Notes under the pieces: generated by a model
Databases searched by the model: none
What the model was told of the DNA's origin: nothing
What the model saw: only the letters and a program-made list of their open reading frames with translations
Program-made: the position numbers and the translations under genes
Shown here: in pieces, positions 43,798 to 53,815 of the stretch
How positions within the stretch are numbered: position 1 is the first letter of the stretch
How the letters are laid out: each line of letters starts with the position of its first letter
Origin: Promethearchaeota archaeon
GTDB taxonomy: Archaea; Asgardarchaeota; Lokiarchaeia; Sigyniarchaeales; SOKP01
Direction: 5' to 3'
NCBI GenBank assembly: GCA_048940645.1
Contig: JBHLOI010000004.1
Coordinates: 27,966 to 91,965, forward strand
Length of the DNA stretch: 64,000 nucleotides

Positions 43798-45260
43798 TGG
43801 CTAAACTTGAAGAATTTAATGGATTTTTTAATCCTAAAACTGTTGCTTTCTATGGTGCTTCTAATGTAATGCAAAAGTTTGGAAGTTTACATCTTACAAA
43901 CTTATTAGCTGCAGGGTTTCAAGGAAAAGTAATACCAATTCATCCAAAAGGAGAGAAAATCTTAGGCTTTAAAGCATATAAAAATATAAAGGATGTGCCT
44001 GAAGATATTGATCTAGTTGTAATAGCTACTCGTCCTGATATAATTAATAATATTTTAGAAGATTGCGGTCAAAAAGGGGTAAAACATGCTATTATTGTAT
44101 CAGGAGGTTTTTCAGAAATCGGAAATGAAGAAGAACAAAAACGAATGAAGGAGATAGCTAAGAGATATGGAATTAAAATTATGGGTCCTAATTGTTCAGG
44201 AGAAGTAGTAGCTCCAAATATTAACATTACTCATGTTCCTTGGCCACCAAGAAAAGGGGGGGTTTCAATTATTTCACAATCGGGAACTTATGCGGTCCAA
44301 CCTTTAATTGCGATAAGTACAAAGATAGGCGTAGGAATTTCTAAAATAATTTCAGTTGGAAATGAAGTTAATACAGACTTAGTTGATTATCTAGAAGTGC
44401 TAGAAGAAGATCAAGATACTACTTGTATTGGTTTATATTTTGAAGCAGTTAGGCGAGGGAAAGAATTTATAGAATTAATTGAAAGAATAAATAATAAAAA
44501 ACCAATTGTAATAATTCCAATAGGGCAAACTGAGGCAGGCACAAGATCCGCCAAATCTCATACTGCTGCTATTACATCTCCAGGCTATATTATTGATTCA
44601 ATTTGCGAGCAAACAGGAGCAGTTAAGGTAAAAAATAGTATAGAGATGCTAAACTTGTTAAATGCGTTTGATTCACTTCCTCTTCTAAAAGGAAATCGTG
44701 TAGCGATACTTACTATGGGGGGAGGACCTGGTACATTAATGTCTGATTTATTTGAAAGTCATGGAATGAAAGTGCCTGTTTTAAGTGACGCATTACAAGA
44801 AAAAATTAAACCATGGCTCCCACCAACTGCGTCAACAGTGAATCCTATTGACCTTACCTACAGTGATGATATGCAAAATTACCTGAATGTTGTACCAGAA
44901 ATTCTTTTAAAAAGTGATGAGATCGATTCTTTAATATTTTATGGGCTGATGGGAAATCAATATTTTACTAATATACTTAAAGTTCCAGATTATATGAAGG
45001 ATCTGGAAAGTGTAATTGCTTTGGAAAACTTTGGAGATATGATGGATGATTTTTTTATGGCTCTTTTCGATGAGCTTGTAGAATTTAAAGAAAAATATAA
45101 TAAACCCATAATATTAACATGTTATAATACAAGAGAGGAAAAATTTGTAGCTTATTTACAAGATAATGGAATTCCAGTATATTATCCAGAAGAAGGAGTA
45201 TGGGTTTTAATACTTATGTGGCAGTATTCAAATTTTATGCTTACTAAAATCAATACATAA
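43797..45260 (+). CDS. ADP-forming acetyl/acyl-CoA synthetase, alpha (CoA-binding/succinyl-CoA-synthetase-like) subunit
   Basis: It reads FFNPKTVAFYGAS, DLVVIATRP, GPNCSG, ISQSG and a His-loop GQTEAGTRSAKSHTAAI. The ATG overlaps the beta-subunit stop (ATAATGG). Confidence 0.85.
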   Translation: MAKLEEFNGFFNPKTVAFYGASNVMQKFGSLHLTNLLAAGFQGKVIPIHPKGEKILGFKAYKNIKDVPEDIDLVVIATRPDIINNILEDCGQKGVKHAIIVSGGFSEIGNEEEQKRMKEIAKRYGIKIMGPNCSGEVVAPNINITHVPWPPRKGGVSIISQSGTYAVQPLIAISTKIGVGISKIISVGNEVNTDLVDYLEVLEEDQDTTCIGLYFEAVRRGKEFIELIERINNKKPIVIIPIGQTEAGTRSAKSHTAAITSPGYIIDSICEQTGAVKVKNSIEMLNLLNAFDSLPLLKGNRVAILTMGGGPGTLMSDLFESHGMKVPVLSDALQEKIKPWLPPTASTVNPIDLTYSDDMQNYLNVVPEILLKSDEIDSLIFYGLMGNQYFTNILKVPDYMKDLESVIALENFGDMMDDFFMALFDELVEFKEKYNKPIILTCYNTREEKFVAYLQDNGIPVYYPEEGVWVLILMWQYSNFMLTKINT

Positions 45261-45267
45261 TTTCTTT

Positions 45268-45486
45268 TTATGAGAAAAAATCCTTTAATAAACTAGATAT
45301 TATATTATAGCTCTCATTTATTTTGCCATTTTTATTATTTTCTAATTTTAATAAGAGAGTTTGATTTCCAGAACTTAATTTAATTGTTAATTTTTTTGTT
45401 TCATTAGATCTATTACCCCACATTTCTTCTAGTCTATCGCAAAATTGGTCTTTTTTCTTTTCTTTTATTAAAGCTTCTTCTTTCAT
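45268..45486 (-). CDS. Hypothetical small protein
   Basis: The 72 aa ORF is convergent with the ACD genes and has no motif. Confidence 0.25.
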   Translation of the reverse strand: MKEEALIKEKKKDQFCDRLEEMWGNRSNETKKLTIKLSSGNQTLLLKLENNKNGKINESYNIISSLLKDFFS

Positions 45487-45536
45487 AGTTTTCCTTTTGT
45501 CTATAGTATCTTTAATTCTAATACAAACTTTTTAAA

Positions 45537-46670
45537 GTGAACAAAAAATTACAATTAAAATATACAATATATTACTTGCCTATTGCAATTCAAATGCTAT
45601 CTAATCTACCTACTAGTAATAAAAAAATATATACAAAAATTAATGAGAATATTATTTTAATTCATCAGGATTCAATGGCAACTATGAATTTTAATTCATG
45701 TAATTGTTATTTAATTCATATTAATGATAAAGAATATGCTATAATAGATCCTGGGTGTTCGAAAAGAAAATTAAATACAACTTTGAAACAAAATGAAATA
45801 AATTTCTCAGAAATTAAATATTTTTATATCACTCATGGACATAGTGATCACATTGGATTAATTGATTATCTTCAAAAAAAGAATAGAAAAATTCAAGGAT
45901 ATATTCATAAGTTAGATAAACGATCCATTGAAAGTTCAATAGAATACTATAATATGCTCTTTGATATTTCTCTATTAAAAAAAAATAAAAGATACAAAGA
46001 TTTCATTGATGCAATAAAATATTATACTACTCCTAATTCTACGATTCCAATTAAACAGAGTTTTAAAATGATTTTTGATATTTGGAATGTTAAAAGTAGG
46101 AAAATTATCAATACATTTAGAGATGGTGAAATTTTACCCGGAAATTTGAAAGTGATTCATGCTCCAGGGCATACTCCTGGAATGTGTATGCTATATAAAG
46201 AAGAAGATTATTTGCTTTTTTCTTCTGATATCCATTTGAGTAGTATTGGACCAAGTTTCTCAGGTAATTATAGTAATATATCTGATTTTAAATTATCTAT
46301 TAATAAGATTATAAACTTAGTAGAAACTGGATTAGTAAAAGTGATATTATCTGGACATGGTAAAAATCCCATAACTGAGAAATTAACGGAACGATTATTA
46401 AAATTCTATGAAGACATCACAGCTAAAGAAAATCAATTATTGTTGATATTACAAGAAAAAGGAAACTTGACACTTGAACAAATTACAAAGAAAACATTTA
46501 AAGAATATATAAAAAGATTTGAAAAGTTTCTTCATAGACCTGAATTACTCGAAACAATAGTTATTGCTGAAGCATCAGAAATGATGTCAAACTTAAATAT
46601 ATTAAAAGAGTTAGAAAGACTAGGAAAAGTATCAAAACTGATAAAACAAAATGAAGTCTATTGGAGTTAA
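45537..46670 (+). CDS. MBL-fold metallo-hydrolase with C-terminal helical domain
   Basis: It has ITHGHSDHIG (HxHxDH), HAPGHTPG and SGHG. The start is uncertain (GTG 45537 or an internal ATG). Confidence 0.75.
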   Translation: MNKKLQLKYTIYYLPIAIQMLSNLPTSNKKIYTKINENIILIHQDSMATMNFNSCNCYLIHINDKEYAIIDPGCSKRKLNTTLKQNEINFSEIKYFYITHGHSDHIGLIDYLQKKNRKIQGYIHKLDKRSIESSIEYYNMLFDISLLKKNKRYKDFIDAIKYYTTPNSTIPIKQSFKMIFDIWNVKSRKIINTFRDGEILPGNLKVIHAPGHTPGMCMLYKEEDYLLFSSDIHLSSIGPSFSGNYSNISDFKLSINKIINLVETGLVKVILSGHGKNPITEKLTERLLKFYEDITAKENQLLLILQEKGNLTLEQITKKTFKEYIKRFEKFLHRPELLETIVIAEASEMMSNLNILKELERLGKVSKLIKQNEVYWS

Positions 46671-46694
46671 ATTAACACTCTTTTGAGATTTTTG

Positions 46695-46730
46695 TCGCTC
46701 AGAACTCATATTCCGTTCTATCATCACGAA
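46695..46730 (-). ncRNA. C-box/D-box-like (k-turn-like) element, too short for a canonical C/D sRNA
   Basis: The minus strand reads UCG-GUGAUGA-N18-CUGA-GCGA. The RUGAUGA and CUGA boxes are flanked by a complementary UCG/CGA. I recognised no C'/D' boxes. Confidence 0.2.
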
Positions 46731-46951
46731 AAACATTCTTTTAAATAAACTTTAACAATATACAATCAGAGATCTTATTAAGAAACGGAAGGATTCCATT
46801 AACTCGAGCTAAACATTGGATTTCGCCCTCTATTAAGCAGAAATGCTTAATTATTTCTAAACCTTATAATTTTTGCTCGAACTATGGATCCTTACGCTTT
46901 TTTTTATAAAATTTAAGATTTATACAAATATAATTCCAAAAAAATTAAAAA

Positions 46952-47134
46952 ATGCTAGATATTAGATATCCTAGAGTTAATTTAAAAATAAGATTCATTT
47001 TATTTATGAAAAAGAAATGCAATAAGTGCGGAATGATTAGATCTACTAAAGATTTAGTTAAATTTGAGGGCGGAGATTATATCTGCTTTTCATGTTGGAA
47101 TAAATATCTTAGAGAGAAAAAACTAATTAACTGA
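46952..47134 (+). CDS. Small zinc-ribbon protein
   Basis: It reads CNKCG...(17)...CFSCW. The likely start is ATG 47007 (MKKKCNKCG). Confidence 0.35.
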   Translation: MLDIRYPRVNLKIRFILFMKKKCNKCGMIRSTKDLVKFEGGDYICFSCWNKYLREKKLIN

Positions 47135-47180
47135 TTTAACTCAAAATTTCTTGTTAATAAGGTTGGGTTCTAAATGCATA

Positions 47181-47396
47181 TTAATCATAAGAAACTAGGT
47201 AAGTGTATTTAGTTAAATCAAATTTCTTAATTTTTATATCTTTTTTAGAATTTTTTCTTGGAATTAAAGGCATTTTAACTACAATCTTATAATCATCTAA
47301 ATAGATATTATTGTAAAAGCAATTTTCAAACTTGTCCCAATCAATAAATTTACTTAGCATTAACTCATCCTTTTTTGTAGTTGGAAATAAAGACAT
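47181..47396 (-). CDS. Hypothetical small protein
   Basis: The 71 aa ORF is preceded by GGAGGT and has no motif. Confidence 0.3.
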   Translation of the reverse strand: MSLFPTTKKDELMLSKFIDWDKFENCFYNNIYLDDYKIVVKMPLIPRKNSKKDIKIKKFDLTKYTYLVSYD

Positions 47397-47679
47397 TTCA
47401 TACCTCCAAAATATTTTTGAAAATATGATTTAGTTTTATCAATTTTTTGCCTTTGATCGATTTCTCCGAAAATTACCCTTAAACCATTAAATCCTAATAA
47501 ACTAATGGTATTAACTAAAAATCTCTGATAAATCTCTAAACGATTATAATATAAAAAACGACATATTTATAAGTTTCGACCGTTTGATTAAAAGAGTTGT
47601 TGAACAAAAGCTTTACTTTTAATTTAAGATAATAGAAAAGGAATTATAAAAAGAAGTTTTTAAAACAAGTATGTAAAAG

Positions 47680-48777
47680 TTAGAAATCTTGGTAAAATTC
47701 CCTAAAATCTTCGATTTCTTTTTTTATTTCCTCAATATTTTTAATATCTTCTACTTCAGGATAAGGTATCTCTTTAAATAGATCGACTACAGGAAGATTA
47801 AGCCTCCTTCGTGCTTTTTTTTCTAATTTAGCAAATGGAATTTTAGTTTTGAAGAATTTATATAACTTAAATTTAATTTTACTCAATTTGCCCTCCCATT
47901 CTTTAGCAAACTCACCACTTTCAATGTTTTCAAGTACTTCTTTTTGAAGCTCTTTTATATTTTTAGATACTTTTCGAAATTTAATCGCACGACTTATTGA
48001 TCCATATTGGGATGTTTGAGAATGGTAATTCATTTGATTAATCAAACCAACTTCTGTCATTTTCTCATAGGTGTAACTCATTTCTCCAGAGTAAACTAAC
48101 TCTACAAATACTGCTTCTGGGGGATATCCTTTTCCTACTAGCGTATTAATAGAATTCATTAAAATTTGACCAAAACCAGGACCATATGCTTGTTCTGTAA
48201 AAAGATCGAGAACCGCTTCTTGTTTGAAACTAGTTTCAATTCCTGCTTTACTAAGAGCACCAACTCCCTTTGCTAAAGCTAATAAAATTTCTTTAGCCAT
48301 ACCCGAAGCATCTTGATGCACTCCTATAAAGCTAAAATATCCTTTTTTATTTAAAAATCGTTCTCTAACCCCGATCCCTATCATTCTTGGAGCAATTAAT
48401 AAAATATCTATGTTTTTTGGAGGCTTTATCAAGTCAAAAGCAATATTATAACCACTTGCAAAGATTATTGCTTGCTTTTCTTTAAGGTTTGGCAGAATTT
48501 CATTTTTATAGACATCTTTCATAATTTCATCAGGAATTAGAAAAAATAAGTAATCTGCAAGTTTTACAGTTTCTGCGATTGAATAAGCATCAAATCGATC
48601 ATTTTCTGCTCTTTTCTTATAATCGTCATCTATGTTACCAACAATTACTTTCAATCCAGCATCTCTCATGTTCAATGCTTGTGATCTTCCTTGATTTCCA
48701 TATCCAATCATTCCTATAACTTTTCCGTCTAAGAATGATAAATTTCCATCATTTTCATAATAGATTTCTTGTGACAT
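47680..48777 (-). CDS. ilvC: Ketol-acid reductoisomerase (class I KARI) with C-terminal extension
   Basis: It reads GMIGYGNQGRSQALNMRDAGLKVIVG, ..FASGYNI.., HQDASG, EQAVLDLFTEQA and SQTSQYG. It has an extra ~40 aa acidic/basic tail. Confidence 0.85.
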   Translation of the reverse strand: MSQEIYYENDGNLSFLDGKVIGMIGYGNQGRSQALNMRDAGLKVIVGNIDDDYKKRAENDRFDAYSIAETVKLADYLFFLIPDEIMKDVYKNEILPNLKEKQAIIFASGYNIAFDLIKPPKNIDILLIAPRMIGIGVRERFLNKKGYFSFIGVHQDASGMAKEILLALAKGVGALSKAGIETSFKQEAVLDLFTEQAYGPGFGQILMNSINTLVGKGYPPEAVFVELVYSGEMSYTYEKMTEVGLINQMNYHSQTSQYGSISRAIKFRKVSKNIKELQKEVLENIESGEFAKEWEGKLSKIKFKLYKFFKTKIPFAKLEKKARRRLNLPVVDLFKEIPYPEVEDIKNIEEIKKEIEDFREFYQDF

Positions 48778-49101
48778 AAAAATTACATCATATAATATTT
48801 AATTCATTTAATATTAATTCAATCTTAAAATGTAAGATTTTTAAGAACAAATAAAAATCTCTAATTTTATCTAAAATTAAGTTTTGGACAATTAAATAAA
48901 AATAAAGCTTTATATAAATTAAAATCTAAATTTAAATCAAGAAAAGTCAAATTTGGTAAGTGAGTTTCAAAATTAAGCGTCAATTTCATAAAAATTTTTA
49001 ATTATATAATCATTTAAAATTTTGAAATATTTAAAACAATATTTTTTAATTTTAAATTATAAATCTAAATAAAATTCAAAAATAAAAGATATACGTTATT
49101 T

Positions 49102-51066
49102 ATGTCTTACGGATTTTTTGGTAAAATATTATGGATAAATTTATCTAATGGTAAATTTGAAGAAGAAAGTTTACCAGATAAATTGTATCATCAGTATTTG
49201 GGAGGCTATGGTTTAGGTTGTAAAATATTATATGATAATATAGAACCTCGAATTGATCCTCTAAGCTCTGAATCAATTCTTGGATTTTTCCCAGGAATAC
49301 TTACAAGTACAGCCGCTCCTTTATCTGGAAGATATATGATTGTAGGTAAATCCCCTTTAACCGGAACCTGGGGTGATGCTAATAGTGGTGGAATATTCGG
49401 ACCTGAGATAAAGAAGTGTGGCTATGATGCGATCTTGGTAAAGGGAATTGCTCAAAATCCAGTATATATATCAATTTTTAATGGCAGTAAAGAAATTTTA
49501 GATGCTTCGGATTTGTGGGGATTAGATTTTGTCAAGACGGAACAATTTCTAAAAGAAAGATATGGTAAATTTGCTAAAGTAGCAGGAATAGGACAAGCAG
49601 GTGAAAAATTATCTAAAATATCTGGAATTGCAAATGATAAGGGCCGAATTGCAGCTAGATCAGGTTTAGGGGCGATAATGGGATCGAAAAATCTCAAAGC
49701 ACTTGTTTTAAAAGGAAATCATAGCTTGAATATCTATGATAAAGAGCAGTTCATGAATTTAATTAAAAATTATAATAGAATGGGAGTCAAAAAGGAACCA
49801 GGAAAGCTGATTAAAGCTATTTTAAATAAAGTTCCTAATTTCGCTAAATTAATACGGAGATTTAGAATAAAATTTTCAGGTCCAGCAGGAATGATTAGAC
49901 ATATCTATCGAAAATTTGGAACTAGTATTGGAAATACTCTTGCTGCAGAAACAGGTGATTCTCCTGTTAAAAATTGGTCTGGAATTGGCATGTATGATTT
50001 CCCATTCTCAAAATCAAAAAACATTTCTACGCTTATTATCCATGATTATAAAATTGGAGATTATGGGTGTTTTAGTTGTCCCATTCAGTGTGGAGCAATT
50101 TTAAAAGTCCCAGAACTAAATTTAGAAGAAACACTTCTACCCGAGTATGAGACTTGCTGCTCATTTGGAACGCTTCTGGTAAATGATGATTTAATGTCAA
50201 TATTGGAGATTAATGATTTGTGCAACCGTGCAGCAATTGACACTATTTCAACAGGGGCCACTATTGCTTTTGCTATTGAATGCTTTGAAAATGGAATTTT
50301 AAGTTTAGAAGATACTAATGGTTTAGAATTAAAATGGGGAAATTCAAAAGCTATAGTTGAGTTAGTAAAAAAAATTATTAATCGGGAAGGAATAGGAGAT
50401 CTTTTAGCTGATGGTTGTAATATTGCAGCAAAAAAAATAGGGAAAGAGAGCCAAAAATATGCTATGACTTCCCTTGGTTCTGAAGTTGCTATGCATAATC
50501 CGAGAACATTTCGTTCCTTAGCTTTTACATACAATTTTGACCCAACTCCTGGTAGGCATACAGCAGCAAGTGTAGATTTTATTGATATTGGCCCGATTGA
50601 TAAATTCCAAAAGGGATTTAAATTACCAAGAGGTTGGAGCAAAAGTGATAAGATTAAGCAAAAGGCTCAGAGATTAACAACGTGTTTTCATCAAACTTTA
50701 TGTAGTGCAGGTCTATGTATATTTTCAACTCTATTTGGATCATATCCCTTCATGGATCTTATCAATTCCTTAACAGGTTGGAATCTAAATATAGATAATA
50801 TTATTGAAATTGGACAGAGAATTCAAACTTTAAGGCAGACTTTTACATTACGAGAGGGTATAGAAATCAGTAGAAATGAATTGCCCGGTAGAATTACTGG
50901 ACATCCCCCTGATCAAAAAGGGCCTGCTAAAGGTCTATCTGTTGAGTATAAAGAGTTCTATAAAGGATATTGTACTGAAATGGGATGGAATCCAGAAAAT
51001 GGGTATCCATTGGAAAAAACTCTAAAAGATCTTGATTTGAATTTTGTTATCAAGGATTTATATTAA
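49102..51066 (+). CDS. aor: Aldehyde:ferredoxin oxidoreductase (tungstopterin AOR family)
   Basis: It begins GKILWINLSNGKFEEE and has GGYGLG, PLTGTWGDANSGG, GRIAARSGLGAVMGSK-like and C..C...C cluster residues (DYGCFSCPIQCG). Confidence 0.9.
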   Translation: MSYGFFGKILWINLSNGKFEEESLPDKLYHQYLGGYGLGCKILYDNIEPRIDPLSSESILGFFPGILTSTAAPLSGRYMIVGKSPLTGTWGDANSGGIFGPEIKKCGYDAILVKGIAQNPVYISIFNGSKEILDASDLWGLDFVKTEQFLKERYGKFAKVAGIGQAGEKLSKISGIANDKGRIAARSGLGAIMGSKNLKALVLKGNHSLNIYDKEQFMNLIKNYNRMGVKKEPGKLIKAILNKVPNFAKLIRRFRIKFSGPAGMIRHIYRKFGTSIGNTLAAETGDSPVKNWSGIGMYDFPFSKSKNISTLIIHDYKIGDYGCFSCPIQCGAILKVPELNLEETLLPEYETCCSFGTLLVNDDLMSILEINDLCNRAAIDTISTGATIAFAIECFENGILSLEDTNGLELKWGNSKAIVELVKKIINREGIGDLLADGCNIAAKKIGKESQKYAMTSLGSEVAMHNPRTFRSLAFTYNFDPTPGRHTAASVDFIDIGPIDKFQKGFKLPRGWSKSDKIKQKAQRLTTCFHQTLCSAGLCIFSTLFGSYPFMDLINSLTGWNLNIDNIIEIGQRIQTLRQTFTLREGIEISRNELPGRITGHPPDQKGPAKGLSVEYKEFYKGYCTEMGWNPENGYPLEKTLKDLDLNFVIKDLY

Positions 51067-51124
51067 ATCTTAATTTTTCTATTATTAATCTTCATTAAAA
51101 AAATACCTATAGAGTTAGATTAAT

Positions 51125-51607
51125 TTGAAAGATGAATCATCATCTAATATTGAATTTTTAGAATCATTTCTTAAAACTGAAATAATTAAAAAAGCTAAAG
51201 AATTAAAAGCTAGATATCCTTCTATTTCGGAAATAGCAGATGGAAAGCCAAAAATTCTAAAAATTAAAAATTTTTATGAAATGAAAGATGAATTTAAAAA
51301 CTATTATCTTATTAAAGTCAAGAATTATAACAGCGATCCAAAATTTAGACATTTTTTAGCAATAATTTTAGCGTCTCAAAGCTCTGACTTCTTAGCGTCA
51401 ATAGCAAAAGAGGCTATAAAAGAGATTGGTAATATAAAATTAATTCAATTCTCAATTTACCCAAAAAACTTTAGAATAAGTTTATTATCATTAAAAGAAA
51501 TTCGAAACAAAGATGATTTTTTGAAATCAGTTAAACTCTTGAAAGATTTAAGAATAAATTTTAAAAAAAAATTAGATAAGATAAAAAATCTAATAGAAAA
51601 TAAATAA
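51125..51607 (+). CDS. Hypothetical protein
   Basis: The 160 aa ORF has a TTG start, is Lys-rich and has no motif. Confidence 0.35.
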   Translation: MKDESSSNIEFLESFLKTEIIKKAKELKARYPSISEIADGKPKILKIKNFYEMKDEFKNYYLIKVKNYNSDPKFRHFLAIILASQSSDFLASIAKEAIKEIGNIKLIQFSIYPKNFRISLLSLKEIRNKDDFLKSVKLLKDLRINFKKKLDKIKNLIENK

Positions 51608-51645
51608 TTTTTAAAGAGAAAAGAAATAATATTAAATTGATTTAG

Positions 51646-53112
51646 ATGTCTTTTCGTGAAAATACTATTAAGATAATAGCTACTCTAGGTCCAGCTTCAA
51701 ATTCCAAGAATATGATTAAGAGTTTAATAGATGCCGGGGTAGATATCTTCAGATTAAATTTTTCTCATGGAACGCATGATGAGAAAAGAGAAATAGTTGA
51801 AAAAATTAGGGGAATTGATAATTATGTAGGAATTTTAGCGGATATTCAAGGACCAAAAATAAGGGTTGGCAAATTCAAAAATGATGAGGCATATAATTTA
51901 AATGTAGGTCAAGAGGTAAAAATTTACGAGACCGAAATAGATGGTGGAGGAGACCAAACTAGATTTTCCGTGCCCTTAGTTGGATTTCTAAAATCTATGA
52001 AGAAAGGAGACTTTTTTTACGTTAATGATGGGATTATTAAGATCAAAGTAAAAAGTAAAGAAAAGGATCATTTCGTAGGTGAAATAATTGCAGGTGGCTT
52101 AATAAGCAACAATAAAGGAGTAAATATACCCCGTGGTGAATTAGAAACGAGAGTTCCCACCGAAAAGGATATAAAGGATCTTGAATTTATCTCTCAACTA
52201 AATCCAGAATTTGTGGCAATTTCTTTTGTTTCTGGAGGAGATGATGTACTAACTGTAAAGAAACTTCTTGAAAATTATGGTAATAATGAAATAAAATTAA
52301 TTTCAAAAATAGAACGACCAGTTGCATTAGATAATTTTGATCAAATATTAGAAGTTTCTGATGGAATAATGGTAGCTAGAGGAGATCTAGGCGTAGAAAT
52401 ATCTCCAGATCAAGTTCCTATTAAACAAAAAGAGCTTATTTATAAATGTAATAAAGAGGGAAAGCCTGTTATTGTAGCTACCCAAATGTTAGAATCAATG
52501 ATAAACACTCCTGTTCCAACTCGTGCTGAGGCTAATGACATTTATAATGCTGTAATAGATGGAACTGATGCGGTAATGCTCTCTGCTGAAACTGCTGTTG
52601 GTAAGTTTCCTATAAACTCTGTTGAATATATGAATAAAATCGCTACTACAGCTAGCCAACACACTCCTTTAAGATCACCCGATGATTATGACTCTGATCG
52701 ATTGACACATACTCAAACTCTTGGCCATGCAATCCATGCATTAGCTAAAGAAATGGAAGAATTAAATTTTCGAGGAAAAATCTTAGTAATAACTCGACGA
52801 GGTTATGGTGCACGAATGATTTCAAAATTCCGTCCACCATTACCGATAATTGCGATGACACCATTTAAAAAAACTGCGAGAGAATTACGCTTAGTTTGGG
52901 GTGTCCAACCAATCCATATTGAAAACATAGATTTTTTCAATTTAGATGTAGAAAGCTTAATAGAACAATCTGTTAAGTATGGAGTTGAAATTGGAAACTT
53001 AGATGAAAATGAACATGTAATTATCTTATTAGTTTCAAGAAAATTTCAAAATAGAGGAAATTTAGTAGGTCTTTATTATATAGGAGAAATTCTCGAACCT
53101 AACTCAGATTAA
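51646..53112 (+). CDS. pyk: Pyruvate kinase
   Basis: It reads KIIATLGPAS, FRLNFSHG, DIQGPKIRVG, MVARGDLGVEI, VATQMLESM and MLSAETAVGKFP. Confidence 0.92.
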   Translation: MSFRENTIKIIATLGPASNSKNMIKSLIDAGVDIFRLNFSHGTHDEKREIVEKIRGIDNYVGILADIQGPKIRVGKFKNDEAYNLNVGQEVKIYETEIDGGGDQTRFSVPLVGFLKSMKKGDFFYVNDGIIKIKVKSKEKDHFVGEIIAGGLISNNKGVNIPRGELETRVPTEKDIKDLEFISQLNPEFVAISFVSGGDDVLTVKKLLENYGNNEIKLISKIERPVALDNFDQILEVSDGIMVARGDLGVEISPDQVPIKQKELIYKCNKEGKPVIVATQMLESMINTPVPTRAEANDIYNAVIDGTDAVMLSAETAVGKFPINSVEYMNKIATTASQHTPLRSPDDYDSDRLTHTQTLGHAIHALAKEMEELNFRGKILVITRRGYGARMISKFRPPLPIIAMTPFKKTARELRLVWGVQPIHIENIDFFNLDVESLIEQSVKYGVEIGNLDENEHVIILLVSRKFQNRGNLVGLYYIGEILEPNSD

Positions 53113-53267
53113 AGATATTAATAAATTTTTTTTATTTGGCTTCATAAAAATATTATATTTTTTCTCATTAACAAATTAAGACTTTAAGTATAAGTGAAAA
53201 CTTAAAATATAAAAAACCTAAATATTATTTAAAATCAATTTAAAATAGAAAATGAAGGATTGAGGTA

Positions 53268-53723
53268 ATGAATGATATGGGAGAATCAACTGGTTGGAAA
53301 CATGAATCACTTGCCTCTGGTATGGGTAAATGGGCTTGGATTGTTGTACTTATAAACGGAATATTAGAAATTATCTGGTGGCTATGGAGTTTAATTCCTA
53401 TTATACAGTGGAACATCGCATTTCCAAGTTATCGTATATCAATGTTTAGGCAAGTTTGGTGGATAATCTGGGGAGTATTATTAATTATTTTGGCAGTAGC
53501 AATTATTAAACCAAAGTTTTCAGATAAATGTGCTGCAAAGGATTGGGATGCTTTATATGAATGGATACTACCTCTTGGGAAACTTAGAGTGCCGTGGATG
53601 CTAATATGGGGAATCATCGTTGAGATCTTTGGTTTTTGGGGATGGGCAGGTATACTAATTATTGTTCCAGCATGTTTGCTATTATTTGCTGGTCCAAAGA
53701 AGTTTAATTGGAAAACAGAATAG
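53268..53723 (+). CDS. Trp-rich small membrane protein
   Basis: It has four hydrophobic helices and no motif. Confidence 0.4.
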   Translation: MNDMGESTGWKHESLASGMGKWAWIVVLINGILEIIWWLWSLIPIIQWNIAFPSYRISMFRQVWWIIWGVLLIILAVAIIKPKFSDKCAAKDWDALYEWILPLGKLRVPWMLIWGIIVEIFGFWGWAGILIIVPACLLLFAGPKKFNWKTE

Positions 53724-53815
53724 TAAATTTTTTTAAACCTTTTTTTTTATTTCTAATCACTATAATTGTTCTGAATAAAGAAAGGCTTATATTTATGTGA
53801 ATTTAATTTTATTTC

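Noticed and set aside
47397-47560. Roughly 60 stop-free minus-strand codons upstream of the 47181..47396 ORF (..RLEIYQRFLVNTISLLGFNGLRVIFGEIDQRQK..)
   Set aside because: It has no usable start codon, lies in a different frame from the downstream ORF, and has no recognisable motif. It may be a decayed fragment, but the support is too weak to report as a feature.
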